Assembly: GCF_050920415.1 (NCBI RefSeq)
Contig: NZ_CP169309.1
Direction: 5' to 3' (one strand)
Origin: Escherichia coli
GTDB lineage: Bacteria; Pseudomonadota; Gammaproteobacteria; Enterobacterales; Enterobacteriaceae
Length of the DNA: 64,000 nt
Shown: positions 38,105 through 46,949 of the stretch, one piece after another
Position numbering within the stretch: position 1 is the first letter of the stretch
How the letters are laid out: every line of letters begins with the position of its first letter
Made by a program: the position numbers and the translations under genes
Notes under the pieces: model-generated
The model's input: only the letters and a program-made list of their open reading frames with translations
Told to the model about the DNA's origin: nothing
Databases searched by the model: none

Positions 38105-38333
38105 TCAATACACTCGACAAACGACCATAAATTAATGGGATCACTATTTCTCATTTAATTAAATATATGAATGTATGACTGAAAAATATAATCACAGTCA
38201 ATGTTTAATTAATAACATTATTTGTTACTAAGATCACATAATACTTTCCTGACCTATGCTTACATAAAAATAAGACACGGAGTTCCTTTTATTTAAATAA
38301 TTCAACCAATGTAACAACCCCTATCAAGGAGGG

Positions 38334-39887
38334 ATGATGAGAACTGTATTTACGACTTTATCAGTCATATTCAGCGTGATGTTTTCTCACAGTATACTAG
38401 CTCAGGACGTTACTATTTATTATACGAATGATATTCACGCACATGTCAATCCGGCAAAAATTCCCGCTGTTGATAAGAACAGACTTGTAGGTGGTATGGC
38501 TAATATCGCAGGCATCGTTAATGAAGCGAAGAAAAAAAACAAAGATGTCTTTTTCTTTGATGCAGGCGACTATTTTACCGGTCCGTATATCAGTACCCTG
38601 ACCAAAGGTGAAGCTATTATTGATATCATGAACACCATGCCCTTTGATGCGGTGTCCGTTGGTAATCACGAGTTCGATCACGGCGTGCCCAATATGGTAT
38701 CTCAGTTATCAAAAGCAAAATTCCCCATTCTGCTGGGAAATATTTACTACACCGATACAAATAAACCAGTTTGGGATCATCCGTGGACCATTATCGAAAA
38801 AGATGGTTTAAAGATTGGTGTGATTGGATTGCATGGTGCATTCGCTTTCTATGATACAGTCGCGGCAAAAGCACGTGAAGGCGTAGAAGCCAGAGACGAA
38901 ATTAAATATTTAAATAAAGCACTTGCAGAATTAAAAGGTAAAGTCGACATTACCGTTTTGCTAATTCACGAAGGTGTTCCGGCGCGTCAATCAAGCTTTG
39001 GTAGTAAAGATGTGGAGCGGCTACTACAGGCAGATATTGAGACAGCTAAAAAAGTGAATGGTGTTGATGTCTTAATTACCGGTCACGCACATGTCGGAAC
39101 ACCGCAACCAATAAAAGTTAATAACACATTAATTGTATCTACCGATGCATACGGCACCGACATCGGAAAACTTGTGCTTGATTACAATCCGAAAACAAAG
39201 AAAATTGATAGTTATAATGGTGAGTTAATCACCATCTTTGCAGATCAATTTAAACCTGACACCATCGTTCAAAATACTATCGATAAATGGAGCGTAAAAC
39301 TTAACAAAATAACACAGGAAGTTGTCGGCCATTCTCCCGTAGTTTTAACACGTGAGTATGGCAGTTCTTCTTCTACCGGTAACCTTATTCTGGATGCAAT
39401 GATGGAAAAAACACCTGATGCCATTGCCGGATTTCAAAATAGCGGTGGGATGCGAGCTGATTTTCCTAAAGGTGATATCACACTGGGAGATGTTATTAGC
39501 ACATTCCCCTTTAATAATGACCTCATCGAGATGGATTTGACGGGCCGCGATCTCAAATCGTTGATGACGCATGCAACCAATCTAACTAACGGTGTGTTAC
39601 AGGTTTCAAAAAGCGTTGCGGTTGTCTATGACAGCAAAAAACCACTCAACCAACGGTTAATCTCTTTCACCATTAACGGCAAACCCGTGGAAGATAATCA
39701 AACATATCGTATTGCCACGCACTCCTTTTGTGCCAGTGGTGGTGACGGTTTTGAAGCATTTTTGAATGGAAAAAATGTGAAGACGATACCGGGAACAACC
39801 TCGGCGGAATCAATCATCGATTATTTCAAAAATCATAAACCTGTCACCCCAGACTTAACTAAACGAGTCATGGACGTCGCCAAATAA
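38334..39887 (+). CDS. Periplasmic 5'-nucleotidase/metallophosphatase (UshA/CpdB family), paralog B
   Basis: 517 aa; signal peptide MMRTVFTTLSVIFSVMFSHSILA; all metallophosphatase motifs present (NDIHAH, DAGDYF, GNHEFD, GHAH) plus a C-terminal nucleotidase domain. Strong RBS aggaggg; the start may be the second ATG at 38337. Confidence 0.8.
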   Translation: MMRTVFTTLSVIFSVMFSHSILAQDVTIYYTNDIHAHVNPAKIPAVDKNRLVGGMANIAGIVNEAKKKNKDVFFFDAGDYFTGPYISTLTKGEAIIDIMNTMPFDAVSVGNHEFDHGVPNMVSQLSKAKFPILLGNIYYTDTNKPVWDHPWTIIEKDGLKIGVIGLHGAFAFYDTVAAKAREGVEARDEIKYLNKALAELKGKVDITVLLIHEGVPARQSSFGSKDVERLLQADIETAKKVNGVDVLITGHAHVGTPQPIKVNNTLIVSTDAYGTDIGKLVLDYNPKTKKIDSYNGELITIFADQFKPDTIVQNTIDKWSVKLNKITQEVVGHSPVVLTREYGSSSSTGNLILDAMMEKTPDAIAGFQNSGGMRADFPKGDITLGDVISTFPFNNDLIEMDLTGRDLKSLMTHATNLTNGVLQVSKSVAVVYDSKKPLNQRLISFTINGKPVEDNQTYRIATHSFCASGGDGFEAFLNGKNVKTIPGTTSAESIIDYFKNHKPVTPDLTKRVMDVAK

Positions 39888-39921
39888 AATATCATTTATC
39901 AGTCTATATATTTAACAAGGA

Positions 39922-41547
39922 ATGCGAATGAAAACAGTGCAGCGTACTTTACTTGCCGCAACATTGCTGACTATTTTTTCGGTCTCAGTCATGGCGCAGG
40001 ATGGCACGATTATTTATACAAATGATCTTCACACTCATGTGGATTCTTATAAAGTGCCGTATATCGCAGACGGAAAACGCGACATTGGCGGCTTTGCCAA
40101 TATATCTACTTTAGTAAAACAAGAGAAAGCGAAAAATAAAGCCACCTTTTATTTTGATGCTGGAGACTATTTCACCGGCCCTTATATCAGCAGTCTGACA
40201 AAGGGCGAAGCAATAATTGACATTATGAATACCATGCCTTTTGACGCAGTATCAATCGGCAATCATGAGTTTGACCATGGCTGGGATAATGCCCTGCGAC
40301 AATTAAGCAAAGCGAATTTTCCTGTTTTATTGGGCAATGTTTATCATAAAGAGAGTGAGAAACCCTTCTGGAACAAGCCCTACACCATCCTGGAAAAAGA
40401 TGGCATCAAGATTGGTATTATTGGGCTACACGGCGTATTTGCATTTAATGATACGGTCTCGGAGCTCTCTCTCCAGGGACTCGATAATGACAATAATAAC
40501 CGCTTTGATAAATCTTCCGAGACCCTTAAGAATCAGGGGATTGAAGCACGTGATGAAGTGAAGTATTTGCAGCATTATATCGACGAGTTACGTGATAAGG
40601 TTGACCTCACTGTGGCGCTGGTTCATGAAGGCGTTCCGGCGCGTCAGTCCAGCATTGGCAATACAGATGTTAGACGCGCTCTTGATAAAGATATTCAAAC
40701 CGCTAGCAAGGTGAAAGGATTGGATATTCTGATTACCGGGCATGCCCACGTCGGAACGCCAGAACCAATCAAAGTCGGCAACACCTTAATCCTTTCGACT
40801 GATAGTGGCGGTATCGATATTGGTAAATTAGTCCTTGATGTCAACCCTACAGCTCGTACCCATAAAATGAAGAGCTTTGAGCTGAAAACAGTTTATGCCG
40901 ATGAATGGATACCCGATCCAACGACACAAAAAGTTATCAATGGCTGGAATAAAAAACTGGCGGATATTGTACGCCAACCAGTGGGTGAATCATCGATTGT
41001 ATTAACTCGCGCCTATGGTGAGTCATCGCAACTAGGCAACCTGTTTACCGATGCAATGCTTGTCGCTGCTCCGACTGCACAGATTGCATTGATAAACTCC
41101 GGCAGCTTACGTGCGGATATAAATGCAGGCACGATTACCTTTGGCGACATTACCAGTACATTCCCCTTCAAGAATGAACTTACTGAAATGGATCTCAGCG
41201 GTAAGGATCTGCGTAACCTACTGGAACACGGGGCATCGCTTACCAATGGCATCCTGCAAATGTCAAAAGGCGCAGAAATGCGCTATACCCCGCAGAAACC
41301 AGTAGGTCAGCGCATAGTATCTTTTAAAATTAATGGTGAAGAGATCGTTGATACGAATATTTACCATGTTGCAACAACGACTTTCCTTGCACTGGGGGGC
41401 GATGGTTTTCTGGCATTCAAAGAAGGGAAAAATGTTCAGGTCCGCGCCAGAAATAACATGTCCGATGTCGTGATCGATTATTTGAAGAAAGGCCACAAGA
41501 TTACGCCTGCACAGGTAAATGAAATGCGGGTGGACGTTAGCAAATAA
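39922..41547 (+). CDS. Periplasmic 5'-nucleotidase/metallophosphatase (UshA/CpdB family), paralog C
   Basis: 541 aa; signal peptide MRMKTVQRTLLAATLLTIFSVSVMA; metallophosphatase motifs intact. The N-terminal domain is about 80-85% identical to the frameshifted paralog and carries an extra N/D-rich segment of about 25 aa. Confidence 0.8.
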   Translation: MRMKTVQRTLLAATLLTIFSVSVMAQDGTIIYTNDLHTHVDSYKVPYIADGKRDIGGFANISTLVKQEKAKNKATFYFDAGDYFTGPYISSLTKGEAIIDIMNTMPFDAVSIGNHEFDHGWDNALRQLSKANFPVLLGNVYHKESEKPFWNKPYTILEKDGIKIGIIGLHGVFAFNDTVSELSLQGLDNDNNNRFDKSSETLKNQGIEARDEVKYLQHYIDELRDKVDLTVALVHEGVPARQSSIGNTDVRRALDKDIQTASKVKGLDILITGHAHVGTPEPIKVGNTLILSTDSGGIDIGKLVLDVNPTARTHKMKSFELKTVYADEWIPDPTTQKVINGWNKKLADIVRQPVGESSIVLTRAYGESSQLGNLFTDAMLVAAPTAQIALINSGSLRADINAGTITFGDITSTFPFKNELTEMDLSGKDLRNLLEHGASLTNGILQMSKGAEMRYTPQKPVGQRIVSFKINGEEIVDTNIYHVATTTFLALGGDGFLAFKEGKNVQVRARNNMSDVVIDYLKKGHKITPAQVNEMRVDVSK

Positions 41548-41558
41548 TAAAAAATTAT

Positions 41559-41594
41559 AATGCCATTCATTCACTGAATGGCATTATTTTTCTC
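41559..41594 (+). terminator. Intrinsic terminator after nucleotidase paralog C
   Basis: aatgccattca ttcac tgaatggcatt followed by a T-rich run. Confidence 0.6.
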
Positions 41595-41624
41595 TAAATC
41601 AACAATAAATAATGAGATATATTT

Positions 41625-42485
41625 ATGTGTATAAAAAAGCACGGGATAGCTTTATCGATTCTATTAATACCTTGCATTGGAAACGCTCAGGAAATTAAAA
41701 GTGAGGAAGGCTGGTTACATCAAAGCTTGAATGTCATTGGTCGCACAGACTCTCGCTTTGGCCCAAGGCTGACTAACGACCTCTACCCTGAATATACTGT
41801 AGCAGGAAGAAAAGACTGGTTTGATTTTTATGGTTATGTTGATCTACCAAAATTCTTTGGCGTCGGCAGTCACTATGATGTTGGGATCTGGGATGAGGGC
41901 TCACCACTATTTACGGAAATAGAACCTCGGTTTTCCATTGACAAATTGACCGGATTAAATCTTGCGTTCGGCCCTTTTAAAGAATGGTTCATTGCAAACA
42001 ACTATGTCTATGATATGGGTGACAACCAGTCATCCCGGCAAAGTACATGGTATATGGGGCTTGGTACAGATATCGACACGGGTCTACCAATTAAGCTTTC
42101 TGCCAATATATACACCAAGTATCAGTGGCAAAACTATGGTGCCGCTAATGAAAATGAATGGGACGGATATCGATTCAAAATAAAATATAGCATTCCTCTT
42201 ACCCATTTATTCGGAGGGCGATTGGTATACAATAGTTTTACTAACTTTGATTTTGGCTCCGATCTTGCGGACAAATCACACAATAATAAACGAACCAGTA
42301 ATGCTATTGCTTCAAGCCATATCCTTTCCCTGCTATATGAACACTGGAAATTTGCATTTACACTACGTTATTTTCACAACGGTGGACAATGGAATGCTGG
42401 GGAGAAAGTTAACTTCGGAGATGGTCCATTTGAATTAAAAAACACAGGATGGGGAACCTATACTACTATTGGTTATCAATTTTAA
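41625..42485 (+). CDS. Tsx-family nucleoside-specific outer membrane channel paralog
   Basis: 286 aa; aligns along its whole length with E. coli Tsx as I recall it (e.g. [63 protein letters not shown]). Signal peptide present. Confidence 0.8.
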   Translation: MCIKKHGIALSILLIPCIGNAQEIKSEEGWLHQSLNVIGRTDSRFGPRLTNDLYPEYTVAGRKDWFDFYGYVDLPKFFGVGSHYDVGIWDEGSPLFTEIEPRFSIDKLTGLNLAFGPFKEWFIANNYVYDMGDNQSSRQSTWYMGLGTDIDTGLPIKLSANIYTKYQWQNYGAANENEWDGYRFKIKYSIPLTHLFGGRLVYNSFTNFDFGSDLADKSHNNKRTSNAIASSHILSLLYEHWKFAFTLRYFHNGGQWNAGEKVNFGDGPFELKNTGWGTYTTIGYQF

Positions 42486-42664
42486 ATCAGGTGATGTTTT
42501 AGATATTTTTACTTAATGCCATTTTGTAATTGTCATAAATAACTTCACCATTCACACTGTGAATTCATCGCTCAACACAAAAGCCCCTTATTACCGGGGC
42601 ACTGACCAAAGGCAAAATGACAATCAATCACCACCTCCGCAGGAGGTGGTTTAGAGGTGACAAC

Positions 42665-42690
42665 AAAAGCTGGCAACTGCCAGCTTTTGT
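42665..42690. terminator. Bidirectional intrinsic terminator downstream of metL
   Basis: aaaagctggcaactgccagctttt, a perfect hairpin flanked by an A-run and a T-run. Confidence 0.7.
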
Positions 42691-42700
42691 TCAATAATCA

Positions 42701-45133
42701 CTACAACAACTGCGCCAGACGGTTAATATCCGACTGAATCGCCCCGGCGGTGACGTCGCGCCCTGCACCTGGCCCGCGGATCACCAGCGGGTTGTCGCGA
42801 TACCAGCGGCTTTCGATGGCAAAGACGTTATCGCACGGTAGTAGTGATGCCAGCGGATGGTCTTCTCGCACCGCTTCCACGCCTACTCGCGCTTTGCCGT
42901 TGGCATCGAAACGCGCCACGTAGCGCAACACCAGCCCCATTTCACGGGCCGCTTCCAACCGTTGTACCATCTGCTCATTAAGTTCATCGCCATTTTCAAA
43001 GAAATGGTCGATGCTTCCACCTTCGCAATGGGTTGGCACCAGTGATTCAACACGCACCTGGTCCGGTTCAATGTTGTAACCCGCTTCACGCGCCAGAATC
43101 ACCAGCTTGCGCATCACGTCTTTGCCGGAGAGGTCATCACGCGGGTCAGGTTCAGTTAAGCCCTGCTGCCACGCCTGATCCACCAGCTCGGTAAACGGCA
43201 CGCTACCGTCGAATTGCAGGAACAGCCAGGAGAGTGTGCCGGAGAAGATCCCGCTGATCGACAAAATAGTGTCGCCGCTGTCGATCAGATCGCGCACGGT
43301 ATGGTTGATCGGCAAACCTGCGCCGACGGTGGCGTTGTATAGCCAGTGACGCCCGGTTTTTTCGAACGCGTCGTGGATCTGGCGATATTTATTGCTGTCG
43401 CTCGCTCCCGCCAGTTTGTTGGCACTGATGACGTGGAAACCGTGGCTGGCGAAATCGAGGTATTGATCGGCCAGTTGCTGACTGGCGGTAACGTCCAGCA
43501 CCACTAAATCATCATACGGATGGGCACGCATCCACAGGAACAGCGACTCTTCATCCTGTTCGACGGCTTCATCATTAAAGAAGGCTAGCGCACGGCTGGC
43601 GTCCAGCCCGTCATAGCTCAACAGGCTGCGACGGCTGTCCACCACGCCTGCCAGCACAAATTCAAAGCCGGTGCGCGCCGAGAGCGTGCTCTGCTCACGG
43701 GCGAACAGTTCCAGCCAGCGGGAACCGATATTGCCCTTACCGAACAATACCAGGCCGATGCGTTTTTCTGCGCGGAAGACGGACTGATGCAGCCCCTGAA
43801 TCAGGCTTTCGGTCGGCCCGGTGCGCAGTACTGCCACCAGGCTGATGCCGTCATCGGACTGCCAGGTAAACTCGACCGGCTGGCCTTTCAGTTGCTGCCA
43901 GAAGCGGTGGCAATGCAGCGGGTTACGGGTGACGCCCGCCCCAACCATCGCCACCAGCGCCAGCCCCTGACGCAGGCGCAGTTCGCCAGGTAATCCTGCT
44001 TCGTCGAGGATTTTCAGCGCACTGTCGGCCACTTCCGAGGTGTAGCAAAATTGCAGCAACTGGCGATCGTTATGCACGCCAACCGCCAGTGGGCGCACCT
44101 GAGCACGTTTCAGGATTTGGTCGATCTCTTTATGCGCCAGTTTGAAATCCTGACTGGCGGGCACCTGAAACTCAATCAAACAGACATCATCGTGGCTGGT
44201 GACAATACGCGCGCCCGTACCGGAAGCCAGCACGCGTTCAATGCGCGTGGAACCTTGATCCGGTGTATAGCTACAGCGCAGCTGCAGGTCGATTTCACTG
44301 CCAGAAACTGGCTGTAAAGTACGCGCGTGCAACACTGGCGCGGCAAGACGCGCCAGTTCGCTGGCTTCATCAAGACGCAGCAATGGCAGCAGACAGGCAT
44401 CTTTCACTTTACGCGGGTCGGCGCTATATACCCCGGCGACGTCACTCCAGATGGTTACGCGGGAAACTCCCGCCAGCGCACCGATTTGTGTCGCGGAATA
44501 GTCGGAACCGTTACGCCCCAGCAGCACCGTTTCACCGGCGTTGTTACGGCTGATAAACCCGGTCACCACCAGACGTTTGCCCGGATGTTGTACCAGTAGC
44601 TGTTGCAGCAACGGGTAAGAAAGCCCTTCATCAACCTGCGGCTGCGCGGCGCGTTCAGCGCGTAAAAACTCGCGGGCATCAAGCCAGGCCGCTGGCAATC
44701 CTTGTTGATTAAGTACCGCAGACATCAGGCGCGCCGACCACACTTCACCGTGGCCCACCACTTCCGCATACACCGCATCGTTAATACCGCTGTCGAGCAG
44801 CGCCGCCAGGCGTTCCAGATCGCTGACAAAAGCGCTAATGAGGCTATCGGCTTCTTCAGCGGGTAGCAGGCCGCTAATCAGATCGCACTGATAACGACGT
44901 AGCGTTTGTTGAACCTGATGCGCAGAGAGACGATCGGTCTGGCTTAGTTTCAACCAGTTAATCAACTGGTTAGTGGTGCTACCGGCGGCGGAAACCACCA
45001 TCATATCGTCAGGCTGAGAGTACTCCGCCATAATGCCCGCGACACGCAAATAACACTTCACATCAGCCAGACTACTGCCACCAAATTTATGCAGTTGACG
45101 ACCTTTCGCCCCTGCCTGCGCAATCACACTCAT
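42701..45133 (-). CDS. metL: Bifunctional aspartokinase II / homoserine dehydrogenase II
   Basis: 810 aa, MSVIAQAGAKGRQLHKFGGSSLADVKCYLRVAGIMAEY... Confidence 0.96.
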   Translation of the reverse strand: MSVIAQAGAKGRQLHKFGGSSLADVKCYLRVAGIMAEYSQPDDMMVVSAAGSTTNQLINWLKLSQTDRLSAHQVQQTLRRYQCDLISGLLPAEEADSLISAFVSDLERLAALLDSGINDAVYAEVVGHGEVWSARLMSAVLNQQGLPAAWLDAREFLRAERAAQPQVDEGLSYPLLQQLLVQHPGKRLVVTGFISRNNAGETVLLGRNGSDYSATQIGALAGVSRVTIWSDVAGVYSADPRKVKDACLLPLLRLDEASELARLAAPVLHARTLQPVSGSEIDLQLRCSYTPDQGSTRIERVLASGTGARIVTSHDDVCLIEFQVPASQDFKLAHKEIDQILKRAQVRPLAVGVHNDRQLLQFCYTSEVADSALKILDEAGLPGELRLRQGLALVAMVGAGVTRNPLHCHRFWQQLKGQPVEFTWQSDDGISLVAVLRTGPTESLIQGLHQSVFRAEKRIGLVLFGKGNIGSRWLELFAREQSTLSARTGFEFVLAGVVDSRRSLLSYDGLDASRALAFFNDEAVEQDEESLFLWMRAHPYDDLVVLDVTASQQLADQYLDFASHGFHVISANKLAGASDSNKYRQIHDAFEKTGRHWLYNATVGAGLPINHTVRDLIDSGDTILSISGIFSGTLSWLFLQFDGSVPFTELVDQAWQQGLTEPDPRDDLSGKDVMRKLVILAREAGYNIEPDQVRVESLVPTHCEGGSIDHFFENGDELNEQMVQRLEAAREMGLVLRYVARFDANGKARVGVEAVREDHPLASLLPCDNVFAIESRWYRDNPLVIRGPGAGRDVTAGAIQSDINRLAQLL

Positions 45134-45135
45134 TT

Positions 45136-46296
45136 TTACCCCTTGTTTGCAGCCCGGAAGCCATTTTCCAGGTCGGCAATTAAATCTTCGCCATCTTCAA
45201 TACCGGTGGAGATACGCAGCAGCGTCTCGGAGATCCCGGCGGCAGCACGCGCTTCTGGTGCCATGCCTGCATGTGTCATGGTTGCGGCGTGAGAGATTAA
45301 ACTTTCCACTCCCCCTAATGATTCCGCCAGCGTAAACAACGACAGCCCACCCAGGAAACGACGCAGCGTCTGCTCATCGCCATCCAGTTCAAAACTCAAC
45401 ATTGCGCCAAAGCCTTTTTGCTGGCGCGCAGCAATTTCATGCCCTTGATTTTCCGGCAGCGACGGGTGATACAGTTTTTTCACCAACGGCTGGGTTTGCA
45501 GATATTTCACAATCGCCTGCGCGTTGCGCTGCGCCAGCTCCATACGCGGCACCAGCGTTCGCAAACCGCGCAGCAACAAATAACTGTCAAACGCGCCGCC
45601 CGTCACGCCAATATTGTTTGCCCACCAGGCCAGTTCGGTGACAACGTCCGGGTCTTTAGCAATCACCACGCCAGCCACTACATCTGAGTGACCGTTCAGA
45701 TATTTCGTGCATGAATGCAACACCAGATCGGCACCTAATGCCAGTGGATTTTGTAATGCCGGGCTTAAGAAGGTGTTATCCACCACGCTCACCGCCCCGA
45801 CTTCCCTTGCCAGATGGCAGATTTTCGCAATATCCACGACGCGTAACAATGGATTACTTGGGCTTTCTACCAGTACTAGTTTGGGTTTTTCTGCCAGTGC
45901 AGCCTGCAATGCCTGCTCATCTCCTTGATCAACAAACAGCACGCGATAACAGCCGCGTTTCGCCAGGCTGTCGAACAGGCGATAGCTGCCGCCGTAGCAG
46001 TCGTGCGGTGCAACCAGCAAATCGCCAGGTTTCAAAAAGACGGTCGTTACCAGGTGGATGGCAGACATGCCGGTATTAGTCAGCACTGCACCAGCACCGC
46101 CTTCCAGTTCAGCCAGCGCACGCTGAACCACATCGCGCGTTGGGTTGCCGCGACGCGAGTAATCATGCGCGCGCGGTTCATTAAATCCGGTAAAGTTATA
46201 GGTGCTGGAAAGATGGATTGGAGGGACAACGCAACCATACTGTTCGTCGTCATTTAACCCGCTACGCACTGCGATGGTGGCCTGTTTACGCGTCAT
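45136..46296 (-). CDS. metB: Cystathionine gamma-synthase
   Basis: Conserved start MTRKQATIAVRSGLNDDEQYGCVVPPIHLSSTYNF (386 aa) at 46296; the ORF track extends 59 codons upstream across the promoter. Confidence 0.95.
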   Translation of the reverse strand: MTRKQATIAVRSGLNDDEQYGCVVPPIHLSSTYNFTGFNEPRAHDYSRRGNPTRDVVQRALAELEGGAGAVLTNTGMSAIHLVTTVFLKPGDLLVAPHDCYGGSYRLFDSLAKRGCYRVLFVDQGDEQALQAALAEKPKLVLVESPSNPLLRVVDIAKICHLAREVGAVSVVDNTFLSPALQNPLALGADLVLHSCTKYLNGHSDVVAGVVIAKDPDVVTELAWWANNIGVTGGAFDSYLLLRGLRTLVPRMELAQRNAQAIVKYLQTQPLVKKLYHPSLPENQGHEIAARQQKGFGAMLSFELDGDEQTLRRFLGGLSLFTLAESLGGVESLISHAATMTHAGMAPEARAAAGISETLLRISTGIEDGEDLIADLENGFRAANKG

Positions 46297-46354
46297 GTGA
46301 TGAAGTTCCCTGGGCTTTGTCGGTGAAATCTCAGGCACCAGAGTAAACATTGTG

Positions 46355-46387
46355 TTAATGGACGTCAATACATCTGGACATCTAAAC
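46355..46387. promoter_or_regulatory. MetJ operator (met boxes) in the divergent metB/metJ control region
   Basis: ttaatggacgtcaatacatctggacatctaaac contains tandem met-box-like 8-mers (AGATGTCC, AGATGTAT, TGACGTCC on the metB strand). Confidence 0.75.
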
Positions 46388-46572
46388 TTCTTTGCGTATA
46401 GATTGAGCAAATCCCCAATAACCGTTAAAATTACATGCATTATCACGCCGACAGGTGCATTACACGATGTCACGGTAACGCCTGTACGGTAAACTATGCG
46501 GGTTTACGGTCAGTACCCACATAAATTGTGTGGTCTGGTCTCAATTTATTGACGAAGAGGATTAAGTATCTC

Positions 46573-46890
46573 ATGGCTGAATGGAGCGGCGAATATATCA
46601 GCCCATACGCTGAGCACGGCAAGAAGAGTGAACAAGTCAAAAAGATTACGGTTTCCATTCCTCTTAAGGTGTTAAAAATCCTCACCGATGAACGCACGCG
46701 TCGTCAGGTGAACAACCTGCGTCACGCTACCAACAGCGAGCTGCTGTGCGAAGCGTTTCTGCATGCCTTTACCGGGCAACCTCTGCCGGATGATGCCGAT
46801 CTGCGTAAAGAGCGCAGCGACGAAATCCCGGAAGCGGCAAAAGAGATCATGCGTGAGATGGGGATTAACCCGGAAACGTGGGAATACTAA
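46573..46890 (+). CDS. metJ: Methionine repressor MetJ
   Basis: Conserved start [45 protein letters not shown] (105 aa). Confidence 0.96.
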
Positions 46891-46897
46891 AGCGGAA

Positions 46898-46930
46898 AAG
46901 AGCGGCGCGGAGTTAACCAGCCGCTTTTTT
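46898..46930 (+). terminator. metJ intrinsic terminator
   Basis: gagcggcgcggagttaaccagccgctttttt. Confidence 0.6.
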
Positions 46931-46949
46931 CATACATGGACGTTTAACT

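Noticed and set aside
36851-38333. Possible intact IS element around the Cys-rich InsA-like gene
   Set aside because: I could not find convincing terminal inverted repeats flanking the gene (the left flank has GGTGAT like an IS1 end but diverges immediately), and no DDE motif is recognisable. Mobile-element status is not supported from sequence alone; kept as a hypothesis in the findings.
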